DNA from: Chlamydiota bacterium
GTDB taxonomy: Bacteria; Auribacterota; JACPWU01
NCBI GenBank assembly: GCA_016196885.1
Contig: JACPWU010000053.1
Coordinates: 1 to 32,000, forward strand
Direction: 5' to 3'
DNA: 32,000 nt
A program made the translations under genes and the position numbers. This document shows, in pieces, positions 28,943 through 32,000 of the stretch; the stretch's first letter is position 1, and every line of letters starts with the position of its first letter. The notes beneath the pieces were generated by a model, which did not search any database, had not been told where the DNA came from, and saw nothing but the letters and a program-made list of their open reading frames with translations.

Positions 28943-31900
28943 TTACATCGAACCCTGAGTAGCTTCTTCTTCCTGACGCAGCCATTGTAAACGTTCTAGA
29001 GGAGTGCGGGGAGCTTTCATGGGTTTTTTTAATTCATTTCGATCGACCTTCTTAAAAGCATTCAAAAGGTCTTGGTCCTTGACTGAATTTCCAGAAACAA
29101 GTTTCTCTAAAATCCAATCCATTTGTTGATCATCTAAGGAACCTCTTATCACAAGATAAACAAGATTTTCTCCTGAAAGAGGATCCGTCTTTAATAAATC
29201 GGCATAATGATCCTGATCTCCTTCTGCAATCACAAACCGAACACGCTCTTCTCTATTCCCACTTCGTTGTGCCCCCGCAAAAAATTCATGGATTACATCC
29301 CCTTTCACCTTTGCTCCTAGAGCGTGACTTCTAACGGCCTCATCATGGGCCTCGTAGTAGCGAACAGTCATGTTATCTTTTAACCGGCCATACCTATCTC
29401 CACAAACGGATTTAAAAATTTTCTCAGTCAGATCAGAAGGTAAATCATTTTTTGAGACCCCTTCAGGAAGAACAATCGAAATCACGATTCTAAATTTGTT
29501 CTTTTGAAGCAGCTGAATAGAATAGTTGTAGAAGAGTTCAAAGTTATCACGAGAGGCCTTCACCTCCCACTCTCCAGAACCCTTTTGAGCAAGTTCAATC
29601 CCAAATGTTTTTTGGGTCATCACCAAAACTTTGAGTGGAGTTTCATCTCTCTTTTTACCTTTGATAGGCTCGCGATAATTTGCCAATCGATCTTGGTATT
29701 GTTCACCAACCGTCTTAACATGAGCCTGAAGTAACCATCCATTCTTCAAAATTTCAACCTTGTCTCCTTCCAAATCTGAATCCTGCTTTGTATCATTCTC
29801 ATCATGATATTTCACCGCCCATCCTCTTTCCAGAGATTGAGGGTCACTTAAAAGAGTCAGCAATAATTTTTGGAAGCGGTCGGGGTGAATCGCCCCCAAA
29901 CTTGTAAGGTCAAGGTAGAGATAACCATGATTGAATGATTTCACTCTAGCGCAAAAATCTCGCACTGCGAAACGAGTTGCTGGAGAAAGATCCACAGAAA
30001 GCCACTGTCCCTCGTTCAATACCTCTAAATTTCCAGTAGTAGAAAATCTCAAAATTTTGGACTGTGATTTTTGAATTAAAACTTTTAATTCATCCGACAT
30101 ATGAAGCTGCTGTCCTAAGCCTACTAAGGCATTGATTGTTTTTTGATCGCGAAGGCGTTCCAATGCTGCAAAAAATCCAAAGACTGGTGTTAAGCCTGAG
30201 AGGAAAACTTGAGACAGAGGATTGTAACTTTGAATGGATTCTACCTGGCGCCTCAATTCTTTTTGTTCGTATCTTAAAACAACATCCAAAGACTGATGAG
30301 ATAAAATTTCATGAGAAATCCCATAATATTCCTTTCCAGCAACATAGCTTTCAATAAGTTGACTCAAGCCTCCAGAATAAGTCCTGCCACTTCTTAAGTG
30401 ATTCGCAATAAGAAGGAAAAGAACCACTACATCCTGAACCATGGGAAGTCGTGCATCATCATTGATAGTTCTTTGAGCGCTTGTTTCCTGAGCCATACGC
30501 AAATTGACTACTCCTTCAATATGACGCATCACATCTCCAAAACTAGGCTGATCGGTAGCCAAAAACTTTAGGGCATTGTCAATGGCTTGAGTTAAGTCCC
30601 GATCTTCAGGATCAGCACTCAAGTGCTTTCTTAAGAGCAAAAGATAATCTTCTCTCTCAAGACTCTGAAGAAAATGAGGTGCTTTGTTTTGAATATTTTG
30701 AACGAGGTTAAATTTTGATTCTAGAGATACATTTTTCGCAAAAGTCTGGGCAAGCTCACCTCCCTTTTTACTTAAAGCCTCTCCACTCACTTTCTCTTGA
30801 ATATCTCGAAGAGCCGCCTCTTCTCCTGGAGCCAGACTCTCAAGACTCTTTGGATCTTGAGCACGTCGCCTGACCAACTCTCGAGCGACTCTTCCCTTGA
30901 CCGCTCCGTCGATCACCCTCTCACTCTCAGGAAGATCTAAGTCAAAGAGCGGCTCCATCAAGACCATTTCCGTATGAATCGCACGGTTAAAGAGATCTAT
31001 TTCTTGAGGTTCTATGGAAACTGAAAGGGCTTCCATTCTCACTGGCAACTGAAGTCTACGCCATCCCTCGATAAATTCATGGGAAATGGCATCTTTAAAA
31101 AACCCTTCTGTCATAGCAATGCGAATGGTATGGCCGCTGATTTGTGTGACGGCCGATTCTGAAACACCTAAATCTTTTGCCAAATAAATCTGAACCGTAT
31201 AATTTTGTCTAACTTCGGAGAATGGGATAAAAGATCCCTTTTCAGATTGACCGCCCTCGGGAGGAGTTGCAAGCGCTCCGAGGACTTTCTTGAACGGCTC
31301 TAAACCCATATCCTCAACCTTCAAACCTAATTTTCCAAATTCACCCTCAAGAAATTCAGGCGCGTAACGATTAACCATCTTTAACATTTTTTTGGCTTGT
31401 TCTCTTTCTTCCTCTCTAACTCCCCGCGTCACAATTTGACCCCCATCAATCTGTGTAAAGACTCGATCGACCTCTTCTTGCGTCAGATTTCGAGTTCCGA
31501 TACGTTTTTGATGGGTACCGGAAGACGAATCACCTTTAGTTAAGGGGGTTTTCAAAGCATCACTCCATCGCAAATCACGAGCACTCCGCTGACCTCCATT
31601 GATTTTAACAAAGTTGATTTTAAAACCGTCTGGGCAGGTTTCAGATTGAATCTGATACTGAAAAACAGCAGCCCCTGATTTTACATTTATTGAAGCCATC
31701 AATCCGTCTTGCCCTCTACTCAGTTCCAACTCAAAGGCATCTCCACTGTCTCCAAGTCCGCTTAGAATGACCTCCTCCCCTTCCGAAAATCCTAATCGAA
31801 GGGTTCCCTCTGCCCCCAAGTTTCCATGAAGACGATCTGCATCTCGAATCTCTACGATCAATAACGGCGGAATGTTGCCGCTCCGTTCGGCCTCTAAAAA

Positions 31901-31987
31901 CCGCTGGACAAGATATCTAAAGTGAAAGGTGTCCGGATCCCAATTAAAAAACTGAAGCAAGCGAATATCACTTTGAAGACCGATCAT
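28943..31987 (-). CDS. large protein of unknown function (at least 1014 aa; may continue beyond the window)
   Basis: Uninterrupted ORF. No stop in the 4 codons between the ATG at 31987 and the window edge, and no SD before that ATG. I recognise no TM segment, no internal repeat and no catalytic motif. Confidence 0.8.
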   Translation of the reverse strand: MIGLQSDIRLLQFFNWDPDTFHFRYLVQRFLEAERSGNIPPLLIVEIRDADRLHGNLGAEGTLRLGFSEGEEVILSGLGDSGDAFELELSRGQDGLMASINVKSGAAVFQYQIQSETCPDGFKINFVKINGGQRSARDLRWSDALKTPLTKGDSSSGTHQKRIGTRNLTQEEVDRVFTQIDGGQIVTRGVREEEREQAKKMLKMVNRYAPEFLEGEFGKLGLKVEDMGLEPFKKVLGALATPPEGGQSEKGSFIPFSEVRQNYTVQIYLAKDLGVSESAVTQISGHTIRIAMTEGFFKDAISHEFIEGWRRLQLPVRMEALSVSIEPQEIDLFNRAIHTEMVLMEPLFDLDLPESERVIDGAVKGRVARELVRRRAQDPKSLESLAPGEEAALRDIQEKVSGEALSKKGGELAQTFAKNVSLESKFNLVQNIQNKAPHFLQSLEREDYLLLLRKHLSADPEDRDLTQAIDNALKFLATDQPSFGDVMRHIEGVVNLRMAQETSAQRTINDDARLPMVQDVVVLFLLIANHLRSGRTYSGGLSQLIESYVAGKEYYGISHEILSHQSLDVVLRYEQKELRRQVESIQSYNPLSQVFLSGLTPVFGFFAALERLRDQKTINALVGLGQQLHMSDELKVLIQKSQSKILRFSTTGNLEVLNEGQWLSVDLSPATRFAVRDFCARVKSFNHGYLYLDLTSLGAIHPDRFQKLLLTLLSDPQSLERGWAVKYHDENDTKQDSDLEGDKVEILKNGWLLQAHVKTVGEQYQDRLANYREPIKGKKRDETPLKVLVMTQKTFGIELAQKGSGEWEVKASRDNFELFYNYSIQLLQKNKFRIVISIVLPEGVSKNDLPSDLTEKIFKSVCGDRYGRLKDNMTVRYYEAHDEAVRSHALGAKVKGDVIHEFFAGAQRSGNREERVRFVIAEGDQDHYADLLKTDPLSGENLVYLVIRGSLDDQQMDWILEKLVSGNSVKDQDLLNAFKKVDRNELKKPMKAPRTPLERLQWLRQEEEATQGSM

Positions 31988-32000
31988 CTCTGGAGTATTC

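Noticed and set aside
28943-31987. HExxH-like strings (SHEFIEGW, SHEILSH) in the large ORF, considered as a metalloprotease motif.
   Set aside because: Neither is a true HExxH: one reads HEFIE and the other is HExxxH. There is no downstream third ligand pattern.

Overview
The window looks like one chromosomal segment of a diderm (LPS-making) bacterium of moderate-to-low GC. I cannot place the lineage from sequence alone.

**Core array, about 1.9-15.4 kb, all on the minus strand:**
- ptsI-ptsH-hprK-hpf
- lptB-lptA-lptC
- kdsC-kdsD-kdsA-pyrG-kdsB
- gmhB-hldA
- a DUF3108-like gene

**Signalling and envelope region, 15.5-26.4 kb:**
- A CHASE2 class-III nucleotide cyclase is divergent from a FecR/LPP20-like fusion gene and a DUF3307-like membrane gene.
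- A six-gene minus-strand operon runs 24641->19819. It encodes a Gly-zipper/Tyr-Pro-rich small secreted protein, three LPP20/FlgT-like periplasmic proteins, a 45-aa lipoprotein and a CsgG-family protein.
- This operon sits behind a textbook sigma-54 -24/-12 promoter. A GAF-domain sigma-54 activator is encoded divergently.

**Accessory segment, 26.4-32 kb:**
- AAA+/DUF4143-type ATPase
- reverse-order RelE/ParE-RHH pair
- HigBA pair
- an ORF of at least 1014 aa with no motif I recognise

**Most unusual signals:**
1. Nearly every core intergenic spacer carries a long hairpin. Each arm is a tandem array of 7-nt units complementary to the other arm, and the unit sequence differs from spacer to spacer. 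I know of no described repeat class like this.
2. A roughly 100-bp dispersed repeat with a GTAG...CTAC Y-shaped palindrome occurs twice.
3. The sigma-54-controlled CsgG/LPP20/FlgT-like envelope module has recurrent histidine clusters.

No rRNA, tRNA, CRISPR array or transposase gene was found. All family assignments come from reading motifs by eye; no database search was run.
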